Positions 25,171 to 38,467 of a DNA stretch of 64,000 nucleotides are shown in pieces. Position numbers and translations under genes: made by a program. The notes under the pieces were generated by a model. It had not been told where the DNA came from. It made no database searches and saw nothing but the letters and a program-made list of their open reading frames with translations. This stretch comes from Gekko japonicus. Its lineage: Eukaryota. The stretch lies in assembly GCF_001447785.1 (NCBI RefSeq), contig NW_015172034.1:359804-423803 (forward strand). The letters run 5' to 3'. Numbering within the stretch: position 1 is the first letter of the stretch; each line of letters opens with the position of its first letter.

Positions 25171-25377
25171 CAATGTTCCCTCTAAGCTGTGTAATCTTGT
25201 GAGCACAAATTCTACTTTGTGAGCTACTGGCAATAAAGTTGTGAGCAGGTGATTTGGCTACTGCATAAATCAGTTTGCTCTGGAGCCATCCTTCCTGAGC
25301 TAAGACAAAAATGCGTGAGCCAGAGGCTAAAAAAACTATGAGCTAGCTCACACTAACTCAGCTTAGAGGGAACACTG
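25171..25377. mobile_element. hAT-type MITE
   Basis: TIR CAATGTTCCCTCTAAGCTG / CAGCTTAGAGGGAACACTG; 8-bp TSD ATCATGGG. Confidence 0.85.
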
Positions 25378-25387
25378 ATCATGGGAG

Positions 25388-25412
25388 TAATAATAATAAT
25401 AATAATAATAAT
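25388..25412. repeat. (AAT)n microsatellite
   Basis: Direct reading. Confidence 0.9.
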
Positions 25413-25547
25413 CGTATGGCAGTGTGTTTAGTATAGTCAGGAGATCCTAAGATTGTTTAGCAGTCAAAAGTTGTAGCTCTTTTAGCATTATGCACCACTA
25501 GGTGGTGAGCTAGGCATTATTTTTTGGGCTGAGAGTGTTCTGTGAGA

Positions 25548-25716
25548 GATGTTGTCGAAGGCTTTCATGGCCGGAGTTCATTAGTTGTTGTAGATTTTCC
25601 AGGCTGTACTCCATCTTTCTGTGCATCCCTGAGGATGCCCGTCACAGCTGCTGGCAAAATGTCAGGTACTACAATGCCAAGACCACAGCCATACAGCCCA
25701 GAAAATCTACAACAAT
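25548..25716. mobile_element. Penelope-like pseudo-LTR relic inserted in a minus-strand CORE SINE (~25500-25830)
   Basis: TTGTTGTAGATTTTCCAGGCTGTA inverted to TACAGCCCAGAAAATCTACAACAA; degenerate CTGAGGA...AAAATGTCAGG hammerhead-like core. Confidence 0.65.
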
Positions 25717-26659
25717 TAGTTCTGAGAGAACTGTGACTGACCCAAAGTCACCCAACTGGCTTCATGTTGGGGAGTGTGGAATCAAACCTGGTTCTCCAGA
25801 TTAGAGTCTGTCACTCTTAACCACTACATGGGGCTTGGAGAAGTTCAGTTCCCACCTCTTTATATGTAACTGTACCCTCAGGAAAAGTGATGTAGTTCAT
25901 GAGAAGGTAGGCATTGGGGTGAGCCAGCCAGGGAGAGTGTTTGACAAGTAAGGAGAACAAGTGTGTTAAAAGCAGAATGGTTCAGCTTGCATGTGTACTT
26001 TTCCCAGCTTGCATGTGTACTTTTTCCAGTAACAAACTCACTTTGCTATTCATGAAAGATGGTAATTTGGACAATGGGGAAAATATACGTTAATGAATGT
26101 GAGACTGTAAAGCATGCCGTATTGCCAAAATATGTGTCACACCTGTCCCCCAAAACACAGTCTCACTTTATACAGTGCAAAGCTTTAACAGGTTTTGTGG
26201 TTTGTAATACCTACAGCTTTTCTCTGACCCATATTTTCAAAGTGCAGGCTAAATGTGTATTCTTTATATTGCTTTAAAGAAGGCAGGTATAAAAGAGGTG
26301 GTGTCCACAAACTCCTACTTCACCTCACTGGTTGTTAAAGTATGCTGGAAATCACTGAAGTGCTTGACTTTGGGAAAATTTAGGATATAAGATTCAGACA
26401 GTGTGCACCTTTAAGAAACTTGTATACTGGGAGTATGACACAATGGTTGTAAAATATTCCAGAACTTCACTTACAAACAAAATCCCAAAAGGTTGAAGCC
26501 GGTACAGCTTTTCCCAATGGCACATAGGCTCTCTCTTGCCCCTTGTTTTCTGCATGTGCTCAGAGTAGCTAACAAAGTAGCAATGCTTGTTTTTGTAGTT
26601 CTCCTACATCCACCTAAGAAAACAGTTTCCAAACAGTTTCTAAATTCAGATCCTATTTC

Positions 26660-28030
26660 TATTCAGTAATGGCTTAGGGTTTGGCACTATGACTTCAATT
26701 GCACTGGTGGATGATTTTCATTTAAATATGGACGGGACAGTCTTCCCTGCTGATACTGTTGGGCCTCTCAGTGGCCTTTTATACAGTTGACTGCTCCATA
26801 TTTATCCATCAGCCTGAATATGGAGTTGGTTTCACTCTTTTCTGTCTAACTAGACACAGAGACCTCCACTAGAGGGCAAGAATCAACCAGATGGGATTTG
26901 TCTTGTGGTGTACCTCAGGGTTCTATTCTCTCACTCATGCTCTTCAACTAAGATCTGCTGAGTGAGATAGTCCAGAGTTTTGGGGTTGGGTGTCACCTGT
27001 ACGTAGAACAAGCCTCCAGATTCATCCATCTTGGTTCTGAACCAGTGCTTTGCTGCTGTGGTTAGGTGGGTAAAGCAGAACAAACTGAAGCTGAATCCAG
27101 ACAAGACAGAGGTAATGCTAGTTGAGAAGGCTGATATTCTAGAGGAACTGAATCCTTTTGTCCCAGAAGGTGTAATGTTGGTTTTTTCAGAGCAGATTAA
27201 GAGCTTGGGGTGCTCATGGACCCCGCCTTCCTGCTTGAAAAGCAGGTTGGCATTGTGGTCAAGGCTGCCTTCTATCACCTGCATCTGATCTGCCAACTTT
27301 CTCATTACCTAGACTCAGCTGATCTGACCACATTGATCCATGCTTCTGTAACCTCACAGTTGGATTACTGTAATGCATTATATCTGGGGCTGCCCCTAAA
27401 GACGACTTGGAAACTACAACTTGTCCAGATTGTAGCACTCCAACTGCTGTTGGGCTAGGCAAAGGGAATATATGCTGCCCATTTTGAAACAGTTTCATTG
27501 GCTGCCTGTCTGTTTCCAAGTGCATTATGACCTTTAAAGCACTTATCATAGAATCACAGAGTTGGAAGGGTCCATACAGGCCATCTAGTCCAACCCCCTG
27601 CTCAATGCAGGATCAGCCTAGAGCATCCCTGACAAGTGTTTGTCCAGTCACTGCTCAAAGACTGCCAGGGAGGCTTTTTCCATCAGAATCTAGGACCCAC
27701 ATATTTGAAGGATCATCATCTTCCGTATGTTCCTGTGCACCACCAGGCAGCCATCTATCGGCTAGCCCACCACTTAGGGTGGCCAGTCTGGCATTGACCA
27801 GGGCCCAGGCTTTTCCCATCATGGCTCCAGCTCTGCAGAATGGGCTCCCTGAAGAAATGAGAGGAGCCCCCCTCCTGTTTGCCAGAGTTTTGGAGGGGGT
27901 TTGAATAGCAGGAGGAATTGGGGTTGTTACTTTACCTTTGGTTTTAGGTTGGGATGTTTAGCTATTATTTGTAAGCCGCCTGGAAGCAAGAGGAAAGGTG
28001 GGATATAAATGTTATTAAATAAATAAATTA
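26660..28030 (+). mobile_element. L2-like LINE 3' portion
   Basis: GVPQGSIL, KLKLNPDKTEVM, LIHASVTSQLDYCNALYLGLP; AAATAAAT tail; interrupted by a CR1 end at 27545. Confidence 0.85.
27545..27672 (-). mobile_element. CR1 3' end nested in L2
   Basis: ATCATAGAATCACAGAGTTGGAAGGG..GGCCATCTAGTCCAACCCCCTG, the classic CR1 terminus. Confidence 0.8.
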
Positions 28031-28659
28031 GAAAAGTCTCCTCAATAAACAGTTCTTATAAAAACTAGAAACATGTTTTGTACAAAGTGAAAGCTATGAC
28101 AACATGCAATTGTGTGATATTACAGAAAAGTGCTGACCCCTGCCTCCTTCCTCAGCAAAGCCAGTTAAATTTCTGGTCTCTGAAACGTAGCCTTTAATTC
28201 CAATTCTGTGGAGTACTGCATGCATGAAGGGAAGATTTTACACACTCAGAAGTGCTTACATCTTATGACTGACTTCTGGCTCAGATCAAGCCCTATAACA
28301 ATGCTTACCTTCAGATGTAAGGCAACCATTTTCCTTCTCACCTGTTCAATTTGCAAGCTAAGCTACATACTGAATAGAGATGGGCAGGCATTCTTTGAAG
28401 ATGGGAATACAGCAGTAGTTTAATTCATAAGTGGATTGTTGTAAAAAAGAACCCCATACACACAAGGGTTGCAGTCTATGAATCTCCTGTCTCTCATAAT
28501 GAGCTTTTTGACAGATTACATGGATACCGTTTAATGCATTTCACAATGGTTTTTAATAAGACCAGTGTTTTCTGTGGCTACGGAGTAGAATCCTGGGGGG
28601 GGAAACTCATTTTAAAATATCAAAATTTGAAAATATTAGCACTGTAACCACTGACCTAG

Positions 28660-28830
28660 TAACAGAAGGTCCCAGATTCAGTTCCCAGCATTTCTAGGAG
28701 GAACAGGTCATAGATGATGTGCAAGTCCTCAGCATGAGACCCTGGAGTGCTGCTGCCAGTCTGAGCAGAGGGTACTGACCTTGATGGAACAATGGTTCTG
28801 ATTCAGTGTAAGACAGTTTCACAGCATGTA
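28660..28830 (+). mobile_element. tRNA-derived SINE with CR1-like tail (partial)
   Basis: Similar to 46810-47010. Confidence 0.6.
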
Positions 28831-30463
28831 CAATAGTGTACACCTTTTGGGCATAGCCTAGGAGTCTAAAAGTCTAAATTTAGTATCCTGCTTCAAAGGA
28901 ATTCTTATCCTTCCCCATGATACAAATAGAATAATTCAACCAAATTTGACCACTGTTTATTGGGCTACATAATATTTATTCTATTGTCAAAGTACACACA
29001 GCCTGTTCCCAAGAGTGTTTATTGGCTAGGAGAAACACATCGCACTTCAGCAGATACAGTGTGTACTCCTGCTATCTTCAGCAAATATACTTGTTTACTC
29101 TTTACCAAGCATACATGTCAGAAAGGGTAGATATCATCTCCAAGTATTTTCAGAAAGCAGAGAACCCATTCTCAATCACATGTCTGAGACATAAAAACCT
29201 ATCAAAAGCAACTCAACTAAAGCAGAGATATCTCACCAATACAGGTTACTCCTGTCATGTTAATGTAGTGATTGATAGTATACAATGGTTAAGTTGTATA
29301 GGAGTAAAGAGGCACACTCTTACTGAAGAATGCAGGCACTTCCTTTCATGTTAACATTGTGGCAAGTGTAGAACAATGTAAACTTAAAGTGAGCAAGTTT
29401 GTTCCATCTTAGCAAAATCAGAACTTCAGTGCTGACATAGCCACCAGGGAGGTGCAGGTAAGCAAGTATCACCTTCTTTTAAAAAGAGCCAGGACATGTA
29501 GGCTAATAAGTGTCAATGTTTATTTAAAAGAAAACTTCAAACCATTCCACCAATGAACATCTCATAGATAATGACAAACTAGTTTTCAGCTAGTGTCAGT
29601 GCAGATATAAGACATGATCTACTATAACAAATCAACAACAGTGCTAGCAAGAGACCAACATCTGCATAATTAGCACTGTTGGATGGGGAAGGGATGTGGG
29701 TCTGAAACCGCTCCAAGGCATCCTGGCCCACTTGTCCTTCACTCACAAGTCCAGAACAAGGTCTGCGTTAAAATGCTTCTTTGGTTGCATAAAATAGTTG
29801 GTGCATAAATCGTGGTCTGTAACAGGCACATATTGGACAGTGTGAATCCGTTATTAAGGCACATATTGCTGTGAAGCACAGGTCCCTCTCAGTATAGTAA
29901 TCCACTACTACAGTAGCTCCAAGGGAAACACTGCACTTTGTTTTCCAACATGGAACACTGAGAAATAAAGATAGCAGTGCACTGCAGGAGAGCAACCCCC
30001 ATCAGCTCAGTCAATCTATACTGGACATGGCCCAGGCTTAGTTCTTTTCTTACAAAATCCCTACTGTATAACTTTCATACAAAGCAGCTCCAATACTTAC
30101 AGGAGATCCCGTGTATAAAGAACAATCAAATGTCACAATCATCTGCTGAACAATTTGGAATTCATTATATTCAGGTTCTTTGTGTTCCCCTCCAATAGTA
30201 AAGAAGGCAAGCCTCCTTGATCTTGGGGCTGAACACAGGAAAAAAACCTGCCTGCTTCTTTTCTATATACTGGTTTAAAACTGAACCAGGTAAAGCTTTA
30301 AAAAAATGTGCTATTCCTAGAAGGATGCTCTGGCACCCATCTCCAGCCAGAAAATATTTCATAAGCCTGAGTATACTTCTAGAAGAGAAGTGTACCTAGA
30401 GATCTTAGAGACAGGAGTATGGGAGACCAAGATCACAATATAACACAACCAGATCAAAAGTAA

Positions 30464-30620
30464 CAGTAGAAAAGAGCAAAAGTCCAGTAGCACTTCTTCA
30501 GTGAGCAGTGACTCACAAAAGCCCATACCCTGCCACATATTTTGTTAGTCTTTAAGGTGCTACTGGACTTTTGCTCTTTTCTACTGCTAGAGAGAGACTA
30601 ACACAGCTACCCATCTTGAT
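30464..30620 (+). mobile_element. Penelope-like relic with 5' inversion and 13-bp TSD
   Basis: CAGTAGAAAAGAGCAAAAGTCCAGTAGCAC is the exact reverse complement of GTGCTACTGGACTTTTGCTCTTTTCTACTG; TSD AGATCAAAAGTAA at 30451 and 30621. Confidence 0.75.
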
Positions 30621-31855
30621 AGATCAAAAGTAAGGAATACAAGGAAGGTACAGAGACTATTCTAGAGAGTTAGGTTAGACTGTCAGGAACTGTGGAGAGG
30701 AACACAGATGTGCCCACCAGGAGATATGTCTACTCCATATTTTAATCAATTGGGCAAACTAATTAGCAAAAGTATCACTTTCAATAGTTAATGGGAAAAT
30801 GGACTATCCTGCAATCAAAGTTACTTCATAAACAGTTTGTTACTGATAGTATACAAAAGGCTTTGAAGTGACATATGGCCAAGCACTGCCAGTAGTATGT
30901 TCACAGTGCATTGTTAAAGCCTGCACAGCTGCCTTCTGGGCTCAGATACTGGACAGGAAGCAAAAATTGGGGTAGGGGGTAGAGTAAGAGACGTTCAACA
31001 GCTCTTCTAAGAAACCAGGCACACAACCAGAGAAGTTCTGGTATTCAAATCAAGCTGAACAGATGGAACAAATAACTGTCTAAATTCAAATTCTACACAT
31101 TCCTTCTCTGGCTTGAAAACAGCTGTTGAGAACTCTTCTTGGATAACAGGAAGCTTCAGCTAGTTTTTTGTTTGTTTGTTTGTTTCTGCTTAGCAGGAAG
31201 TGCTAAAAATGGGTGCCTGAGATCCTCTCCCAAACATCCCTTTAAGTTAAAGCTTTAAACACGTTCTGTACAGACTGGAGGATATAGGGCTAGAAATGCA
31301 TCTGAAGTGAAAGACGTAAGTGCTACCATTTCTCTGTTTTGCAAGCTCTCATCTACATTCAGAGCAAGCTCTTTTCCTGGCTTCCCACAGAGGCAGGGGT
31401 CCTGCCCCTTAACCTTTCAGGACATTTTCAACCTGACTGCGATATTGGGGCCCAGTCAATTTTGATACATAGTTTTCTCCTTTTACTTGCCTGAAGATGA
31501 AGTGACTAATGTTGGGGGCTCAAATATTGCCCTCGGGAAGTTGTGAAAGAATGAAGAGATTACAGCAATTAGAGTAATTCCTGTGGTGTGGCTACTTGAC
31601 TTTAAGGACAGGCTGATATAACGAGAGCTTGCTGCTGTTCTGATATTGGAGTATGCCCCTGGCTAGAGCTTGGAGCTCTGCCACTCTCTATGCTCATAGC
31701 TTAAGAGGGTCCTCCACACACACACACACGCATACAGGGATGTTGTTCTGGAGAATCTAATCTCCTTTTTCACAAAAGACCTGGATTCAGGAGAGCTGCT
31801 CTTGCATTCAGTTAGCGTGCTGTGAAATTGGATGGATTCCAGTGGACTCAAAAGA

Positions 31856-31978
31856 CTAGAGACTGAAGCGGCATGAATCAGGTCCCAGGAGACACCAGGA
31901 GTCAGAATCCAAGTCAGGCTTTGGATCCGCTTCCATCTCTTCCTTAGATGTTTGTGTGGCTTTGGTATGAGCCTCCAA
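31856..31978 (-). CDS. NEK9: Serine/threonine kinase NEK9, last exon (22)
   Basis: gacag|[40 protein letters not shown]. Confidence 0.95.
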   Translation of the reverse strand: MEAHTKATQTSKEEMEADPKPDLDSDSWCLLGPDSCRFSL

Positions 31979-32669
31979 CTGTCCAGATAAACAAGAAAAT
32001 CATTCTCCATATAGTAAAGGTATAGTTGACATATTACATTAACTGGATATCTATGTTAATTACAGTTGTGCTGAGTTCCATTATTGTACACAAAAATGTA
32101 CAAACAGTAAAATACTGAAGTGCAAAGGCTAACACCCATTTGCCCAGATTGTAAGGAAGTATTACAAGAACCCGATTACTTCTCAGAGACTTCCTCATCT
32201 GCCTCTACAACAATGAATTAACTGGACATAAAAATTCTCTTAAAAAGTAACAGGACAATTCCCCACCTCCAGCTTTATATGAGAAAGAGAGCTGAAAAGA
32301 GAAGCAACTATTATTTCACCATCATAACTTTCCCCTGACTGTACATCTAAAATGTTCCACACAAAAGCAATGAAGAAAAACATACGTGGAATGATGTAAA
32401 GGAAGACCCTTCCTGCTTCTAGTTCAGGCTGACATTAGCTCCCCAGACCACAACTGATGGAGAAACTTCCATCTTACAACCAGACCACTATTGCCTCAAT
32501 CAACTTTTTCAAACAAAAGAAATATAAAGAGCCTAAGTTACTCTGCTACACTCTAGCCTCTTTGGTCTGTCCAAAGTCAAGATATAAATCCAAACCAGTT
32601 TCAGTGGACTGCAAGAACACTTAACATCTGGCATATAAATCTGCCAGTTTCCTCAGAAGGCACCCTTAC

Positions 32670-32879
32670 CGGCTGTGTTCCTTCCGTCCTAGAAAGACTC
32701 TGAAGCTGAGCACTGAGACGAGCCGTTTCCTGCTGCAGCTTCTTCTGGTCAGCCAAGCATTTTAATACCAAACCATTCAGTCGTTCTAGTTCAGCCTGCA
32801 GCAAACTGCACTTGCATGCTGTCGGCACCACAGATGTCTTCTCTGCACTGCAAGCTTCTGCTGTATCAAAGAGGTGCTG
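32670..32879 (-). CDS. NEK9: NEK9 exon 21 (coiled coil)
   Basis: tgtgtag|QHLFDTAEAC..ACKCSLLQAELERLNGLVLKCLADQKKLQQE..TQP|gtaagg; 210 nt. Confidence 0.88.
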
Positions 32880-33199
32880 CTACACAGGGAGGAGGATTCA
32901 GGAATAAATCTGTCAGTATCTACAAACAAATAAAATCTTCAAGACCGATGACGTCCCAAGACACAGTAAAAAACTATGGATGCTCAGGAGAGACGGATCA
33001 AAATACTAAATATTGGAATCAGAATTCTTGAAAAACTGGTACACTAAAATATTAGCTCAAAGACAAACTGTTGCCAACTCTCCAGCCACAAACCTGAATC
33101 ACTCCCTCCTTTGGGAATAATATCAAGGTTCTGATTGTAGCTATTAACATCTATTGCAAAAAAATTTAAAACCCCTCCCTCAGCCCTGTTTAGATCGCT

Positions 33200-33680
33200 G
33201 AATATTTATGTTATTTTCTTATTTAAAAAATTTATTAGCCAACCTTCTACCGTGTAGACTTCAAGGCAGATTACAATATAAATGATTATAAAAAACACAT
33301 TGAAGACCTCCATTTAAAATCTTGATTAGGACTGAGCCTGCTTTAGTGGGGAAGGCGGAGTATAAATCAAATAAATAAATAAAACAAAATAATACATTAA
33401 AAAACTAAATTAGTCAAATCTTAATTAGACAAATAAAACTGACTGCCTCCTGAAGACAAAGGGAGGGGGCGAGGCTTACTGCCCTGGGGAGGTTGTTCCA
33501 TAACCGTGGGGCTAACACTGAAAAGGCCCAATCTCATGTGCCCACAAGATGAGCTTCTTTGATTGGTGGGAAAGTCAGGAGGGCCTCTGATCTTACGAGA
33601 AATGAGAATGAACAACACCCCCCCCCCGATTTCTATAGGGGCAGAACAGACCATGACGTCCTTAAATACTCTCACCAGTC
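33200..33680 (-). mobile_element. L2-like 3' fragments
   Basis: TTTATT tails and AFSVSPTV..WN-type remnants on the minus strand. Confidence 0.45.
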
Positions 33681-33972
33681 TGGTCTTCCCCTAAAATGGT
33701 CTTGGGGTTAATTTTTCACCAACCATATTAACTAGCCTTAAAAAAGACACTTTCACATGTACAGTCCATGTTCAGGCTGGTCTGAATTATCTTACCTTAA
33801 TATACTGTGTATCTTGTCAATCTAGTAATCTCATTTTACATCATTAGCGTGCCCCTTATCCTTTCTTTTTATATAAACACTCTCTTTTAAGCCAATCTCT
33901 GTGAGCACGATTTCTGCCCGTAGCTCCAAACCACTGTGAAAGGTTCCATAAGAGGACAAAAGGTTACATTAC

Positions 33973-34137
33973 CCAGGACTCTGTTGTGGACTTGTTGGTA
34001 TCAACAGGAGGAGGAGATGCCAAGTGGAGTCCCTTCAACTCTTCGTAGGGAAGAGTCTCCTTCTCAGATCCTGAGGAGGCTAGACTTACAAGAGAAGGTG
34101 TTTCAGGCATGGGGATGAACTCTGCATTCTCCAGCTC
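33973..34137 (-). CDS. NEK9: NEK9 exon 20
   Basis: actag|[31 protein letters not shown]|gtaatg; 165 nt. Confidence 0.9.
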
Positions 34138-34469
34138 CTAGTCACAGAGAAAGGGTGAGAATTCTGGGTCAGCATTTCTTTACACTGTTAACTACCACCT
34201 GAAGAATAAGAATCAAGGATATAGGAAGATTTCTGACTAGAAGATGGAAAACCTTTCCATGAATGCTGAGAGGGCTGCAGTCACAGTCTGTGTATAAATA
34301 CACTGGAAGTCAGTATATATGTACCAGCAGATAGTGAGCAAAGTAAACTGTGCCTTGGTCCAGCTTTGGCTCCTGAGTCCATTTCCTCTACCTACTAACT
34401 GCAAGAGGTTGTTGCTGCACGAACTGGGAGCAGTGATCACAATGCATTCATGTCAATGGTAAGTTACCC

Positions 34470-36500
34470 ATAAAAGCCAGAACAGTAACATTTGATTTCC
34501 AAGGAGGGAATTTTGCAAAAATGAGGGAACTAGTCAGAAGGAAGCTGAAATGGAAACACAAGAGAATCAAATCCCTAGAGGATATTTGGAAGCTATTTAA
34601 AACCACACTAATTGAAACCCTGGTAGAATGTATTTCCCAGGTTAGGGAAGGTACGCCCAAGTCCAAAAGGATGCCCACACAGTAACAACCCATGTTAAGA
34701 AAGCCACGAAAGGCAAAAAACCTTCTTGCAAAAAGAGAATTTGGGGAGCGGATTGCTAAAAGCATCAAGAAAAAGAGTAAACATTTCTTTAAAAATATCC
34801 AGTACAGGAAACCAAAAAGAGAAGCAGTGGGGCCTTTGGAGGATTGCTAAAGGAATAAAAGGAATAAAAGGATTGCTAAAGGGAGATGTCAGAGAAGCTT
34901 CGCATCTGTGTTCACCGGGGCAAGAGTGGGGCATGTACCCAGGCTGCAGCCACTATTTTCAAGAAGAAAGACTGAAGAAATAAGTCAAGATATGGTGAAA
35001 AAAGATGAAGTTCTAGAGATACTGGGAAAAATAAAACCCTGTACATCTCCAGGTCCTCACGGCATACACCCAAGGGTTCTTAAGGAACTCAAATGTGAGA
35101 CTGTTGATCTACTAACCAGTACATGTAAATTCAGCCGCTGTACCAGAAGACTGGAGAGTAGCAAACTTTACACCAATTTTTAAAAAAGGATCTGGGGAGA
35201 ACCAAGAAATCACAGGCCAGTTACCTTAATGTCTGTCCCAGGCAAATTAGTAGAAACTGTAATCAAAGACAGAATTATTAGGCACACAGAGGAGCAAAGC
35301 CTACTGAGGTAAAATTGGCATGGCTTCTGTAAAGGGCTGCCTCACCAACCATTTGGAGCTCTTTGAGAAAATGAACGAACACGTATATAAGAGCAACCTG
35401 GTAGACAATACTCGGAAATTCCAAAAGCCTTTTGACAAGGTATCTCACCAAAGACTCCTGCATAAGTGTAGCAGTCATGGGACAAGAGGACATGTCCTCT
35501 TATGGATTAAAAATTGGTTAAACGACAAGAAGCAGAGAGTAGGAATACATGGACAATTTTCTCAGTGGAAAGAAATAAACTGCAGTCCCACAAGAATCAT
35601 TATTGCAGCCAGTGCTAATTTGTTCATAAATGATCTGGAACTGGAAGTGAGCGTTACAGTAGCCATATTTCTGCAGAGGACACAAAATTATTCAGGATGA
35701 TGAAAACCAATGTTGACTGAAGAGCTCCAGGAGGATCTCCACAAATTGGTAAGAGAGCAACAATTTGGCATGTAAATTCAATGAAGGTAAGCAGACGGTG
35801 ATGGGCACTAGAACAAAAATTCCCCAACTGTAAGTATGTGTTACAGGGTTCTGAACTTGCTGATACTGAGAAGGAAAGAGACCTTAGGGCTACAGTGGAT
35901 AGTTCAATGAAAGCTACAACACAGTGTGCTGCAGCAGTGAAAAAGGCAAACTCTATGCTTGGAATTATTAGGAAAGGGATTGAAAATTAAATAACCAATG
36001 TTCTAATACCCCTATATAAATCTATGGTGAGGTCTCATGTGGAATACTGTGTGCGGTTCTGGTCACCATATGTCAACAAGGACATTGCAGAGCTTGGAAA
36101 CGTACAAAAGATGGCAACTAAGATGATTAAGGGCACCTTTCCTATGAGAAAAATCTGAAGAGGCTGGGACTAAACTGAAAACTGAAACAAAATTATGAGG
36201 TAGAGAGGGTGTAAAGAGAGAGCTTTTTCTCCCTATCCCAAAGTATTAGAACTTGAGGGCATACAATGAAGTTTATTGGCAGTAGATTTAGGACAGACAA
36301 AAGGAAATACTGTTTTATTCAACAGTTGGTTAAAATGTCTAATATGCTGCCAGAGTATTTCCTGAAGCCCACAGACATAGTGGGCTTTAAAAGGGAATTA
36401 GACAGATTCAGGGAGGACAGGTCTATCAGCAGCTATTAGCTACTAAAAGGACTAAAAGTAACCTCCACATTCAGAGGCAATAATTCTCTGAATACCAGTG
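34470..36500 (+). mobile_element. Degenerate CR1 LINE ORF2
   Basis: SPGPHGIHPRVLKELK, CLTNHLELFEK, KPFDKVSHQRLL, EYCVRFWSP with frameshifts and stops. Confidence 0.88.
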
Positions 36501-36509
36501 TTACAAAGA

Positions 36510-38040
36510 CTTGGTGCTACAACTGCAAAGGCCCCTCCCAAGTTGCCACCTACCTAAGGGGGCACCCGAACCAGGTCCTCAAATGATGACTGTAGTACTT
36601 GGGCAGGTTCATAAGGGAGTAGGTAGTCTTTGAGGTATGCTTGTTACAAGTCATATATGGCTTTAAAGGTCAACACCAGCACACTGAATTGTGCCTGGAA
36701 ACAGATTGGGAGGCAGTGCAAATAGGCCAAGAATTGAGTAATGTGGTCCCTATGGGTTGCCAGCATGATGGGGTCTTGCTGGCCACATAGTCCCCAACGA
36801 GGATATGAAATCTCCTGGGTACAGAGTACACTTCTTTAGTCGTGGATGCACCACAGCCTATTTCAAAGCTGGGGTGACCATAGCCCCTCTCAAGGAGGCA
36901 TTCACTACCTCTCAGATCCAGTCAGTCAGCCAGCCCCCCCCCCCCGATTTAAGTAGCTAGAAAGGCAAGGGACATACAAGCAGGTGGTAAGCCTTAAACC
37001 TTCAAGGATTCTGTTCACATCCTCAGATGAATAAATTGAAAAATGTCCCAACAGTTGGACAAGTTGGAACACTGACATCATCTGACTTTGTTACTGCTAA
37101 TGTAGAGTCGAAGTTGGTAAGGATGCAAGAGATTTTATCTACGAAGTGTTGTGCAAAATAGTCACAGTCGGCCACTGAGGAGTCTTCCTGCAGGTCTGAT
37201 CCCACCAAGCCTCTGACCACCTGGAACAGCTCCACTGGAAAATAGTTTGCAGACACAATGATGGCAAAAAAGTATTTTTTTTCTTTGCCACCATCACCGC
37301 CACAGAATATGCTTCAAAATGAGCTTTAGTCCAAGTCTTGTAGGATTTGTCCCAAGTCTTCCTCTACTGTTGTTCTTGCCATCTCTCTTGCCTTTTCATT
37401 ACCCACAGCCCCTCAGTAAAATAACGGGCTACCTGGGCTCTAACATCTGAGAGAGGCACCTGGGAGTGATCGTGTCCACTGCCAGGGGTCATTTCCTCAT
37501 TCCAGACTTCACTCATGGTGGCATCACCAGGAACACCAACCATATCAACAGTGAAACCCCCTAGAGCAGTCAGAAAGCCATTCAGATCCAGCTGGCTACA
37601 GAGACAGATTATTTTAATAGATCTTGTCTATTGTCCTGGTATCTCTGTAAATCTGAACCCAAGCAAATAGTGTCCATGACAAAGGAACCATCATCAAATC
37701 TTTCTCCCTGAGATCATTCACCCCACCCAGAACAAAATACCAGATCAAGGTTGTGACCTGCACAATGTGTAGGTCCACTTATTTTCTGAGACAGGCCCAT
37801 GGCTGTCGTGGAGGCCATGAAATCTTAAGCCTCTCCAGACAAGATAGCCTCGGCATGAATGCTGATGTTCCCTGGGGCAACCAGCCTGGAGGTCTTCAGT
37901 ACCACCCCTCCCGCCGAGACCACCTCTGTCAGATCAAGCAGGGAGACTACTAAGCAGTAGGATGGGTGGTACACCAACAGAATACCAATGCTGCCTCTCC
38001 ATCCCAACATTAGGTACACAGCCTCAAAACTGTCCTAAAT
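36510..38040 (-). mobile_element. Degenerate L2-like LINE ORF2 pieces
   Basis: GILLVYHP, AGHNLDLVF, FAQHFVDKI and HCLPICFQAQFSVLVLTFKA remnants. Confidence 0.7.
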
Positions 38041-38467
38041 GGGGTATTGTTAACTTACCACAAAAATCTACTTAGTCAGTGAGTTCTCTGCAATGGTTGA
38101 AAAATCAGCTATGAACACCTATTAGCTGTTAAAGTAGCAGCAGCAGGATCTCCTTCCTTGGACCCCCCTTTTGATCCTGAGTTGAAATTCCAGGTGGATT
38201 ATCCTTCTAAATAAGATCTGCTTTGTGTTGGTCTGAACAGGTTAGCCAAGAAGCTTCACCCATCAAGCAATTCCAACTACTGCCTTAAGAAAGACTCCAA
38301 AGAAGTGATTCTGAAACAGATTTCCTGTGATCGTTTAAAGAACTGCAAATTCATGTCTAGAGATAAGCCTCTCAGCCACATCTTCTAGGTCTTTGGTGGG
38401 AAAAGATCACTTTTCTTTTATCTTCTGACCCCAGAGACTACAGAAAAGTCAATTTGGAAATGGTCAC

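Noticed and set aside
32880-32921. Alternative upstream acceptor for NEK9 exon 21 at 32919
   Set aside because: It gives a stop in phase 0; the 32879 acceptor restores frame and orthologous spacing.
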